From the human T2T-CHM13v2.0 reference genome, Homo sapiens: DNA of 64,000 nucleotides. Shown here piece by piece: positions 44,036 to 56,189 of this stretch. The translations under genes and the position numbers were made by a program. The stretch lies in NCBI RefSeq assembly GCF_009914755.1, contig NC_060931.1; one strand, given 5' to 3'. The notes under the pieces are model-generated. The model ran no database searches, was not told the DNA's origin, and saw only the letters and a program-made list of their open reading frames with translations. The stretch's first letter is position 1; every line of letters begins with the position of its first letter.

Positions 44036-45205
44036 GGATAGCCATTTTGATGTGATATGCAAAATGTAAGAGTTATTTGAAACCATCATTCCCAGGATGT
44101 TTTCTAGTGCGTGTGTGTATGTGTGTGTGTGCACGTGTGTGTGTGCACATGTATGTGTGACTTCACATCCCTCTTTTACTGAAAATCAGTAATAATGGAT
44201 CTGGGTAAGTGGTTTAAGTAAAGATAGGAAAAATATATGGTAAAAGAAATGGTTACAGAGCATTGATCTCCAGTAAATGTCTACTGGAAAATTTATAAAT
44301 GTCATAGAATATATAAAATATTCAATATAATGACATATGCCAGGATACTGAGACTGAATTTTTTTTTCTTTTTTCTTTTCTTTTTTTCTAGAGGCAGGGT
44401 TTCACTCTGTCACCAGGCTGGAGTGTAAGTTCTCCTTTTTTATGTAATAATAATAAAAAAAAGTTATGTGCCTACAAAGATATTTAAATGTTCATTCCTT
44501 ACATACTAATAATAAATGTGCATATAAAATCTATAAAAATTATTAGGTTATAATTATTTAGTTCTTTTCCTTTTTTGACAAAATTATCTCAAACTAGTTT
44601 ACAAAAACAAACCAACTACCACCCGAAAATGAGTAGCTCTGGTAATTTATTATAAGTGTTGGCTATACGCTGTAGCAATAGCTCTAGGCCACTCTTTCTC
44701 ACCATTAACAGAGGGACAAAGTAGGCTATTGTGTTAGAAGAGTTTTTCCAGGGAGGAACTCTGTTTGGATTCTTCTCCCTTTCTAAATTGCTTCCTTTTT
44801 CCTAAGGCTGGTAAGGTAAAAATGAGTTTGTGATTACTTCTCCATGGGAGGTCCCTTTGTCCCTGTAAGATTCAGGGAAACCAGGGAAAGGAGATCTGTA
44901 GTGGTTAGCTGACAGTAGCTCTTCTCTAGGCCTTAGGAGAACTATTATTTTACTTGGGTCAGGATTCTTTGTCTCTAGTCACAGAAGGTTGCACCAAGGA
45001 ACAAGATTAGGAAAAAGACCAGTAAGCTAATTTCAGTTTAGACCTTAAGCTAGAGAGCCAGTAGAATTCCTATAGTATTTGGAGATCATAAAAACAAATC
45101 AACATAAATAAATGTACATTTACGTTTACATTAGAGCGCATTCCTGAAAAATCTGGCAAATTTGAAAAACATACAAAAGTAATTTTTGGTTTATATGTAA
45201 AATAG

Positions 45206-45547
<342 letters not shown>

Positions 45548-45575
45548 AATCATTTTAACTATATGAATGTCAAGC

Positions 45576-47909
45576 TGTTAAGGGGTGTCCTAGTGAGAGG
45601 TGACAGCGTGCTGGCAGTCCTCACAGCCCTCGCTCGCTCTCGGCGCCTCCTCTGCGTGGGCTCCCACTTTGGCGGCACTTCAGGAGCCCTTCAGCCCACC
45701 GCTGCACTGTGGGAGCCCCTTTCTGGGCTGGCCAAGGCCAGAGCCCACTCCCTCAGCTTGCAGGGAGGTGTGGAGGGAGAGGCGCGAGCGGGAACAAGGG
45801 CTGTGTGTGGGGCTTGCGGGCCAGCTGGAGTTCCAGGTGGGCGTGGGCTTGGCGGGCCCCGCACTCGGAGCGGCCGGCTGGCCCTGCCGGCCCCGGGCAA
45901 TGAGGGACTTAGCACCCGGGCCAGCGGCTGCGGACGGTGTACTGGGTGCCCCAGCAGTACCAGCCCACCGGCGCTGTGCTAGATTTCTCGCCGGGCCTTA
46001 GCTGCCTTCCCTCGGGGCAGGCCTGGGGACTGCAGCCCGCCATGCCTGAGCCTTCCCCCACCTCCGTGGGTTCCTGTGCAGCCTCCCCGAGGAGCGCCGC
46101 CCCCTGCTCCACGGCGCCCAGTCCCATTGACCACCCAAGGGCTGAGGAGTGCGAGCGCATGGCGTGGGACTGGCAGGCAGCTCCACCTGCAGCCCCAGTG
46201 CGGGATCCACTGGGTGAAGTCAGCTGGGCTCCTGAGTCTGGTGTGGACTTGGAGAATCTTTATGTCTAGCTCAGGGATTGTAAATACACCAATCGGCATT
46301 CTGTATCTAGCTCAAGTTTTGTAAACACACCAGTCAGCACCCTGTGTCTGGCTCAGGGTTTGTGAGTGCACCAATCCACACTGTATCTAGCTGGTCTGGT
46401 GGGGCCTTGGAGAACCTTTATGTCTAGCTCAGGGATTGTAAATACACCAATCCGCACTCTGTATCTAGGTCAAGGTTTGTAAACACACCAATCAAGGTTT
46501 GTAAAAACACCAACCCTGTGTTTAGCTCAAAGTTTATGAGTGTACCAATCCATACTCTTTATCTAGCTGCTCTGGTGGGGCCTTGGAGAACCTTTGTGTC
46601 TATACTCTATATCTAACTAATCTGATGGGGACGTGGAGAACCTTTGTGTCTAGTTCAGGGATTGTAAACGCACCAATCAGCGCCCTGTCAAAACAGACCA
46701 CTTGGCTCTACCAATCAGCAGGACGTGGGTGGGGCCAGATAAGAGGATAAAAGCAGGCTGTCTGAGCCAGCAGTGGCAAGCCGCTGGGGTCCCCTTCCAT
46801 ACTGTGAAAGGTAGCTTTGTTCTTCTTCTCTTTGCAATAAATCTTGCTGCTGCTCACTCTTTGGGTCCACACTGCTTTTATGAGCTGTAACACTCACCGC
46901 CAAAGTCTGCAGTTTCACTCCTGAAGCCAGCGAGACCACGAGCCCACCAGGAGGAACGAACAACTCCAGACGTGCCGCCTTAAGAGCTGTTAACACTCAC
47001 CCTGAAGGTCTGCAGCTTCACTCCTGAGCCAGCGAGACCACGAACCCACCAGAAGGAAGAAACTCCAAACACATCCAAACATCAGAAGGAACAAACTCCA
47101 GACGTGCCACCTTAAGAGCTGTAACACTCACCGCGAGGGTCCGCGGCTTCATTCTTAAAGTCAGTGAGACTAAGAACCCACCACTTCCGGACACACTAGC
47201 TCCCAGAGCTTCCAAGATGGCAGAGGGCCCCTTGCAAGATGGTGGCAACCCTTGTGTGGGGTTCTTGGCCTCACGGATTCCAAGGAATGGTATCTTGGGC
47301 CATGCGGTGAGTGTTATAGCTCTATTAGAAGCCGTGGGTCACGGAAGAGAACCTGCAACCCAGTGACTAGTGTTCAGCTTGATTAGGATGAACCCGGGCA
47401 CTTAGCCCTGCAGGAACAATGGCAAGCCTTTAGCCCAATCTGGAGCAGCAATGGGTGCCTTGCTGGATCAGGAGCACAGCAGACACCCTGCCGGATCCGG
47501 AGGTATGGAAGTCAGCGGGGGATCTGCGACAGCCGCAAACAGCAGTGGTGGACAGTGAGCGAAAGCTCAGCTCTAGCCGTAACAAACATGGACCAGAAGA
47601 GAGTGCAGTTGCAAGATTTAATAGAGTGAAAACAGAACTCCCATACAAAGGGAGGGGAGCCAAAGAGGGTAGCCGTTGCCAGCTCAAATGCCTGGGTTTA
47701 TATCCTGATCATTGTCCCTCCTGCTGTACTCTCAGGCAATAGAAGATTGACTATTTCTTTACCTCCTGTTTTTGCCTAATTAGCATTTTAGTGACCTCTC
47801 TTTACTACCTGATTGGTCGGGTGAGAGCTAAGTTGCGAGCCCGGGGCTTAAAGGTGGATGCAGTCACCTTCCTAGCTAGGCTACGAAATCCAGCTAGCCC
47901 TGCCTCTCA
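45576..47909 (-). mobile_element. HERV-W LTR17 solo LTR, interrupted near its 3' end by LTR12C
   Basis: Minus strand TGAGAGGCAGGGCTAGCTGGATTTC…GGATATAAACCC…ATTAAATCTTGCAACTGCA…GGGAGCTAG, ending GGACACCCCTTAACA at 45590-45576. Flanks AAGC / ATGC. Confidence 0.85.
45594..47195 (+). mobile_element. ERV9 LTR12C solo LTR
   Basis: TGAGAGGTGACAGCGTGCTGGCAGTCC…CCGGACACA termini, CpG-rich U3, tandem subunits with seven CCAAT boxes, AATAAA at 46836, U5 repeats; 4-bp TSD CTAG (45590-45593 and 47196-47199). Confidence 0.93.
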
Positions 47910-47948
47910 ATGCGAAATATTTCAAAACTGTGTAAGAAAGTCTTCCTG

Positions 47949-48271
47949 GGCTGGGCACAGTGGCTCATGCCTGTAATCCCAGCACTTTGGGAGGCCCAGG
48001 CGGGCGGATCACGAGGTCAGGAGATCGAGACCATCCTGGCTAATATGGTGAAACCCCGTCTCTGCTACAAATACAAAAAATTAGCCAGGTGCAGTGGCAG
48101 GCGCTGTGGTCCCAGCTACTCAGGAGGCTGAGGCAGGAGAATGGCGTGAACCCAGGAGGCAGAGCTTGCAGTGAGCCAGAGCTTGCAGTGAGCCGAGATC
48201 GCGCCACTGCTCCAGCCTGGGCGACAGAGTGAGACTCTGTCTCAAAAAAAAAAAAAAAAAAAAAAAAAAAA
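47949..48271 (+). mobile_element. AluY with internal 17-bp tandem duplication
   Basis: AluY diagnostics; CAGAGCTTGCAGTGAGC twice at 48160-48193; long A-tail. Confidence 0.9.
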
Positions 48272-50399
48272 GGTTTCCTTATGCCTTATGCTTTCCTTAA
48301 GGCTTAATTGATTTGAATTGCAGGACAGCTAGCACCCCTGGCTATCAACCATAACCATTGACAGTGTCCCCAGTCATTGTGAAACCAAAAATGCCTTACA
48401 AACAGCAAGAGCTGGTGATACAAAACCTATTAAGAATCTATGCTATAAAGCAAAATATCAGAATTAGTAATAATCATAATAATGCTTACGTTTTCATGAT
48501 CTGTTACCTGAACCTTTCTGGCAACAATTTATCTCTGTGACTTAAAAATTATGTATCTTTGAAAAATAACTTCAAAAGCACAAGAAAAAAAAATCACTGT
48601 AAGTTCAAGTTGAATATTTGAATATTAATATGGGCCAACCTACCTATTCATTAATTTCAGGCATTTTTGTTAGCTTCTCTTTGCCCACTTAATTCTGAGC
48701 TTGGTTTACAGCTAAATTTTCTTCTACTTACTGGTTCATCATCTACAGAGGACATCTCTGTACCTAACACAGTGTTAGCATTTCTTATTCTGCTTTAGCC
48801 TTTCAATTGCAACAGGATTATTTGGTTATATTCCATATGGAAGTAAAATTGGGCTTTTTGTTTTTTTTTTACTTAATGAACATATTCTAACTCTATGTCT
48901 ATCAACATTCCTTTCTATTTATTTTTACTAATTCTATAAAATTATAAATTTTATGCATTCAAAATTTTTATACACAAGAACACCATTTAGCTTCTGTTGG
49001 TATCTGGTCTTATTCTTTTACATGTTAAGTCGATTTCTCTTTGAAGATCTGTTTTAAATTTCCGGCAAACGTGAGACACCTGAATGGGTAGCATAAGAAA
49101 CTGATTATACTGCTTTTCTTTATACAATATTATATTTCCTGGGAAATGAGCCAGAGTCTGATCTAACTCATCTCTAGTACTTTGAATATTCTACCACATA
49201 TTGCCTTGCAAAATCTTCCACAAACAGTAATAAAATATATTCTTCCTAAATAATTTGATTTCTATTCAAATATATTTGCAGATCCTAACAATCCTATAGA
49301 ACTCTAAGTTAGAGTGAGAAGAGTTTTAATTTCTTTTTTTTTCAACTCCTAAATTGTGACCAAAGGCTTTTTTTTTTTTTTTTTGCAAAGTTACTATTCT
49401 TAATGAGTTTAATTTTTTTTTTCCTCTTCTTTTTCTTCCACGTTAGAATGTGCTGTTAAATCAAGTGTCCAGGTGCAAAGGTGGTTTCTAAATGAAGAGT
49501 TAGGGTAAGTTTTTTCCACTTTTTGTAATTTAGGATTGGGCTCCCAGGTTGATTCATACCTCTAAAAACAGCAGAATTTATTTTTTGCTTTTCTAAGGCA
49601 GAAGTCACTTCGACAATTTTTAAAGTGCTTTAAGTGACTACTTTAAACAACCTGCAGACTAAGGAAGTTCTCGTAGCTCTGGAAATGGAAACAGCTGGAC
49701 TAGTTCAGTGGGGATGATTCAGCCTGAGTCACAGGCCCACACCCAAATGGAAAGTGTAAACCCTGAAGGCCTTAGGGGATCCCTAGAGCCAGGAATCCCC
49801 TCTGGGACCTACCACAGTCTCTGGACTGGCTCAGGTTTCAGTGATTATTTTTAGCTCCTCTTTATTTATCCTATGGTTCTCCATCCTTTTCATCATAATT
49901 TATAGTATCCTTTATTTACATTTCCAATAAGTACTGGTGAGTATGAGTAATTGCAGAATAAATTAAGATATGTCCAGTGGACACTTGACATGACACAACC
50001 CTAAAGAAAACATCAACCTACCCCGTATCTTCATTTAGTCTAAAAGTCTGGAGGAGTCCGGATATTCTTGGAGTCCCCAGAGGCAACAGCACTTCATGTT
50101 TAACTTATAGGCAAGCAGACTTAATGAGATACAGCATACAGGATACACAGCACATTTCCCCGCCCACTCAAAAATACTTTCATAAAAACAGTGACCAGTG
50201 TTTACTCTGGCCAGGAACTCCAAAACATACCCTTTGGGCTTGTTCTTCATTAATATATCACAACTGCTCTGTGAGATGGACATGGTTATTATCTCCATGC
50301 TCACACAGCTCATAATTGGTGGAGCCAAAAAATGAACACAAGATCTTTGACTCCAAAGCCCAAGTTCTTACCATTTATGATGACTAAAAACCAGTTGTA

Positions 50400-51500
50400 T
50401 GCTTTTTCCTGAATATATTCAACAAACTTGTGTTGAGCAAAAACTGTGTTCAAGCACTGTGCTAGTTACAGAGAATTCAACAATAAATAAAACTGACAAA
50501 TGACATAATGGACTTACATCTCATGAGGAAAGTAAATAATACAAATGAGTAGAATAAATTGTATTGTGTAAATGTGATAAAGAAAAAACTCAAGAAAAGC
50601 AAGTGGGGTCATTGAGATGATAACATTTAAATCCTATGATTAGTAATGATCTTTGCGAGAAGGTGATAATTAAACCAAGAACTGTAGGAGGTGAAGAAAC
50701 AAGCCCTTCTCCATCCTCAACCAACCTAGCCTCCAGGGAAAATAGCATTCCAGGCCAAAGGGACAAGTTTAAAGGCTGTGAAGCACCTGGGAGCATTGCT
50801 AGAATGACCCAAGAAGAGCAAGAAGACAGATGGGTTGTAGTGAATTGACAAGTAGGAGAGGCTAGGAAAAGATGAGACCTGAGAGAGAATAAGGCAAAGA
50901 AGTGGAGGCTTCTTGTCAGACGAGAATAAAAGCAATTGTCTTTCAAATAGAGTTGAGACATAATCTGATTTATGTTTTTAAAGGGATACTCTGGCTTTTG
51001 TATTGAAAACAGACTGGGAACATAAGGAGAGAAGAACGATCAATCTGGTATACCTGTTAGGAAACTGTTACAATTCAGAAAAAAAATAATGTTTGCTTGG
51101 ACCAAAGAGAGTATTGAAACTGATGGAAAATGATTGATGTACGTATTTTATAGGTGGAACTGATAGAATTTGCTAATCAATTGTATGTAAAGTAAATAGC
51201 TGGGTCAGGCCTGAACATTTGGAAGAATGGAGATTTATTAGCTGAGATGCAGAAAGCAGTAGGTGTAGTAGGTTTAGGTATTTTGCTAAGCATATATAGT
51301 GAAGAAAGAGAGACAAGAGAGTAGAGAGAGTATCCAGAAAAATGATCATAAAGATTGACCATAGACTGTCACTGGGCTGCAGAAGAATGATCAAGGTGGA
51401 CTGGGAGGGGAGTGTAGAGGTGGTAGGATCAAGGACTGTAGGTCTGTGTGAGGCTGCAGGGTTGCTGGAGTCAGTACTGGAGGGGTGAGGAATTTAATCA
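50400..51500. mobile_element. L2 fragments (MIR at about 50230-50370)
   Basis: ATTCAACAAACTTGTGTTGAGC…GCATTCCAGGCCAAAGGGAC…AAAGGGATACTCTGGCT. Confidence 0.65.
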
Positions 51501-52432
51501 ACACCAACTCTAGATTCCTGAAGTCAAAAAACTTATTAGAACATGTCCTAGCAGAGCTCTTAAGAGAGGCTAGCTTCTGGGACTCTCCTATAGTCTATTT
51601 CAATATTAGCTTTAGATAACTTTTTTAAAAAAATTATTAATTTAAGGGCTGAATGATTTTCTAATTATCTAAAAATTAAAGTCTTCACCACTTAATATTT
51701 GAATACTTTATAAGATAGGATTTGCCTATTTGGGATATATTTGAGAATTCCCAGAATAAAATAGATTGTCCCATGTTAGCAGTCAAAGCACATCTTTGGG
51801 CCATGAGTTACTGTATTATAAAAAGATTTCAAAATGAAATAAAATGTATTAATATAGAGATTAAAGGTTAATTATTAATTTGTGTTATTTTCAAAAATAG
51901 AACACACATTCAGAATTTAAAATTTTCATATTAATCTAATGATTGGCAATCTTTTATGAAATCATTTTACCAACATCACTTAATTCTTACAAAGTAGATT
52001 ATGATAAAATTATATTTTCCTAAAGTATATTTTTAAAATAAACAAATGTGAATAGTTCATATTCAGACCATACAAATACTTTATATGTATAATTCAGACC
52101 ATACAAATACTGTATATATATAACCAATCTCATAGGAAGGGGGTTGGATTCTTATCTCCGTATGTTTAATTTGAGATACCAGATAGCTCACCTTTCCAAA
52201 ATATGACCTCCCCGAGCACTGAAATATAAACGACTAAATCCATTTCTGTTGTGTGTCCAAAGATCCCTAGTTCAAAACCTACACATTACTTTTGAGGTTT
52301 AAGATACCCCCAATTTATTTTCTATTGTCATTATCTATTAATAAAGCAGAAAAGTCATGGAGAAATTAAGCATTGATCAAGTAAGCTTTGTTGGAGCATA
52401 TGGGAAGAAAAAGATCTCAAGAAAAAGAAATG

Positions 52433-52731
52433 GGCTGGGTGCAGTGGCTCATGTTTGTAATCCTAGCACTTTGGGAGGCCGAGGCAGGTGGATTGCTGGA
52501 TTGCTTGAGCCCAAGAGTTGAAGACCAGCCTAGGCAATGGGGCAAAACCCCATCTCTATAAAAAACACAAAAATGAGCCAGGTGTAGTGGTGCACACCTG
52601 TAGTCTCAGCTATTTGGGAGGCTGAGGTGTGACGATGACTTGAGCTTGAGAGGCAGAGGTTACAGTGAGCCAAGCCTGTGCCGTTGCACTCCAGCCTGGG
52701 ACCCTGTCTCAAAAAAAAAAAAAAAAAAAAA
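52433..52731 (+). mobile_element. AluJ (Jb-like)
   Basis: GATTGCTTGAGCCCAAGAGTT; A-tail. Confidence 0.88.
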
Positions 52732-52840
52732 GGAATGACCTAAGGGAGGCAGTTCCCAAGTGAGATAATACAAGGACAATGTGGTGTCAATGAGTTGAGA
52801 TACTCATTTGGAAGAAGAAAAGAAAGACAACATTTCTACC

Positions 52841-53132
52841 TTTTTTTTTTTTCCTTTTTGAGACAAGGATCTCACTCTGTTGCACAGGCTGGAAGGCTGG
52901 AGTGTGGTGGCATGATTATAGCTCAACCTCCCGGGCTCAAGCAATCCTCCCACCTCAGCCTCTTGAGTAGCTGGGACTACAGACACATGCCACCTTGCTT
53001 GGCTGTTTCCCTTTTTGTGGAGACAGAGGTCTCACTATATTGCCCAAGCTGCTCTTGAACACCTGGGCTCAAGCAATCCTCCTGCCTCACCATCTTAAAG
53101 TGCTGGGATTACAGGCATGAGCCACGGAGCCC
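52841..53132 (-). mobile_element. AluJ
   Basis: Reverse-strand dimer, GGGCTCAAGCAATCCTCC in both arms. Confidence 0.88.
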
Positions 53133-53749
53133 GTCATTGTTTCTACTTTAACAGTTAACCTCATCAACATTAGTAGCAATTCTTTTGATTAAAATACAGC
53201 AGATATATTTTTTATTAAATGATTATGATCTTGGTTTAAAAAAATTTTTTTAGAAAAGCAAACAAATTACATAATACCTTTAATGATAAAGGTATAAAGA
53301 GACTTTCAGCCATATGTATTTCTGTAACAATGTAAGTGATTATTTTTGTAATGGAAAGAATATATTTTTGGAGGGGAAAGGAACATACATGTTTAATTTT
53401 ATGAATAATGAAGGTGGAGTAAAGGCCAAGAAAACTTATTATTATGTATAAAAATGTTATTTCAACATTATTATTATCTACAAAACCAAAATGGATTTAA
53501 TTAAGGTGGGCAAGGAAGGACATATTTTAAATGAAAGAATTTTCTTATGCCTAAATTGGATACTAAAAACATTCAATACTGTTTATCTGTATTATTTTAT
53601 TAACTTTGAAAATTATTATTATATTGTCATTCATTTACATCCTGATTTAAAGAAAAGTTTTATAACTATTTTTGGAAAAGACCTATTAGATCCCTGCTAA
53701 GGTCAGTTCTTCAGGATAAGACTTATTTTATTCCTTTTGAATAATCTTG

Positions 53750-54335
53750 TATACTTATGAGGTCGAATGGGTAGTCAAGGAAATAACCATGTTCTCAAGA
53801 TGTGGCCACTGTGGTGACCATACAGTAGGCTCCAGCGTTTGCACTGTAGTCCAGCTCATTCAAGCAAAGCTAACTCCAGTAGGGAATTTCCCCTGTAGAG
53901 AGCATGTGCATTTTGATTTTACCTGTCCTCTGACTGAACTATGCTCATTATAACAGTAAAAAACACACCCTGGATGGAGATTTAAAGTGCTAATGAGACA
54001 TGTGATGTATGAATAAGCATGTACAGCAACTGCACATGTGGACTACCCAGACCATGCTTACTAGTAACACTTCTTTCTACCTCCTTATGAATAATTACGT
54101 AAAACTCACATAAAGGGAGTCTCCCTCGTGCCAGTCTCTCCTGTCTCATCCTTATGAGCAGCCTACCCTGAATACTCTCTCTCAGTGTGTACTGTATATT
54201 CTGCACCTAACTTTCAAAATATTATTTTCCTTTGCAATAAATTGCTGTATGCTGCATCTTCTTTGCTATGTCTCTTGTTTAAATTATTTTAAACTAAGAA
54301 GACCAACAACCAAGGTTTCATAATAGCCATCAACA
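53750..54335 (+). mobile_element. ERV solo LTR (family not assigned)
   Basis: U3-like GGAGATTTAAAGTGCTAATGAGACATG, CATAAAGGGAG box, AATAAA at about 54236, ends …GCCATCAACA. Confidence 0.6.
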
Positions 54336-56125
54336 TTTCTACACTCATATCTACTACTTGTATCAACTCTTAATAATAATAATTATGATGGGGCAAGAAC
54401 TGCTCTAAACAGTTTCTATGTATTAACACATTATACAAATTTTATGTAGATTATATTCTTAACCCATTTTATAGATAAGGAATCCAAGACAGATATGTCA
54501 AATAACTCGCTGAAGATTGTATAATGAACCAAAGGCTAAGCTGGTGTTTACATGTGATACAAGTATGCTGTGAAGAAGCCAATATGGTCAAATGACTCAG
54601 ATTGTCTATCTGTAAAAAGACTAAAGACTGTTCTGTTTCTACTAACTTCAATGGAGTGGGATAGTGAGTATCAGGTTTTAGTGGGTTAAGACATGAATTC
54701 AAAGTCAAAGTGAAGACATTAAATTTATATAAAATGACAGGTAGTATTAGATTTTATTAATTGTCAAGGTTATCAGTTCCTGCTGGGAAACGAAGTGTAT
54801 GTATGTTGGGGTTTGTAGGTGGGAAGTGGGTCAGAAAAGGCTTACAAGAAGAAATAAGAGCTGTATCAAACATGAAAGACAAATAGAAAATTTCCAAAAG
54901 ATGAAAGGCTGGAGGAAAGGGCAAAGGATCCGGACTGAGAGAATGGGATGAGGAAGGAAGGCAGGGAGGAGTTTAGAGTGGAAGAGGAAGAGAGCAAAGA
55001 TGAAGCTAGAGATCTAGGAAAGGGTAAGATTACGGAGGCCTTGGATGATCTGCCAAAAGCATTAACTTTATCCCTTATGTAATGAGACATCTTTTGATGA
55101 TTTGAAGCACAGACTTCAAATGTTTGAGCTTATGTTTAACATAAATCACTTTGGCAGCTTTGAGGAGGCTATGTTTGAAAAGAGAAAATTTGGTAATAGG
55201 AGGTTGCTGCAGAGATCCAAGAAAAAGAATTCATGATTTTAGGAGGAGTGGCTACAGTGTCTGGGAGAGGAGAACATATGTATAAACATGCAAGAGGTAA
55301 AATCAGCAAGTGTTAGTCTATTTAGTGGTAAGTAGTGAGCAAAAAGGAGGCCTCATCTCCTGGTCTGCTTGGATGGCAGAGTTCTTGTTGTTATCAAAAT
55401 TAAGAGAAAACACAACTGCAAGTGCAGGATGATGCACTAAATTCTAAACAAGGCTCCAGGAAGACACATAGTGGAGACGTAAGGTAAAAAATAGAATGTA
55501 TAATACTTTAGGAAGATACAGACTGAAAGGTGTTTATGGGCAGTAACCAGCTCCAACATGTTCTCAGGAGAACAGTAACATTTAAGTTTCAGACAGAAGA
55601 GCCCAGGAGAAATAAACTATTAACCAATGATAGGGCATAAAAGATCCAAGGGAGTAGAGAGAGAATCTCAAAAAGGAAATAGAAACTAACTTTAAATATA
55701 AACTCTAATAACACAAGAACCTTTGGATATGGCAGTGGGGGTTGGGAGTTGTTGGTTTGCTTAATGATGCAGTCACTCTCAGTAGACATAGAAGCCAGAT
55801 TATAGTTGCTTGAAGAGGGAGTAAAAGGCTTAGGATTTCATGAATTCCTTATTTTTCCAAATGACCGTCGCCTTGAACGTGTTCTGTAGGTGGCTGTCTT
55901 TGATCTCTGTGTTGGGAGGGAGGTTCATAATTTCTATCACCATTCTCAGCAGTTTTACAACCAAAGCTTTAAAATTTAAGAGGCAAAATAATTTTATGTT
56001 GTAAATCTATGTGACAAATTTTTATCAGTTGGTACTAACCTATGATATTCTCAGAAATAATTTCCATTTGAAATTATATGGAGAAACATGATCTGTAATT
56101 CGCATCACCAGGAGAGAAGAATGTT

Positions 56126-56129
<4 letters not shown>

Positions 56130-56189
<60 letters not shown>
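56130..56189 (+). repeat. Compound (AT)n(AC)n microsatellite
   Basis: About 21 AT units followed by about 8 AC units. Confidence 0.95.

Noticed and set aside
46260-46720. Repeat-spacer-like array of about 40-bp units
   Set aside because: These are the known ERV9 U3 tandem enhancer subunits in human DNA, not a CRISPR array.
49598-49645. Imperfect hairpin containing AAAGTGCT (miR-17/302-like seed)
   Set aside because: Only about 8 bp pair well, and it does not match a mature miRNA I recognise.
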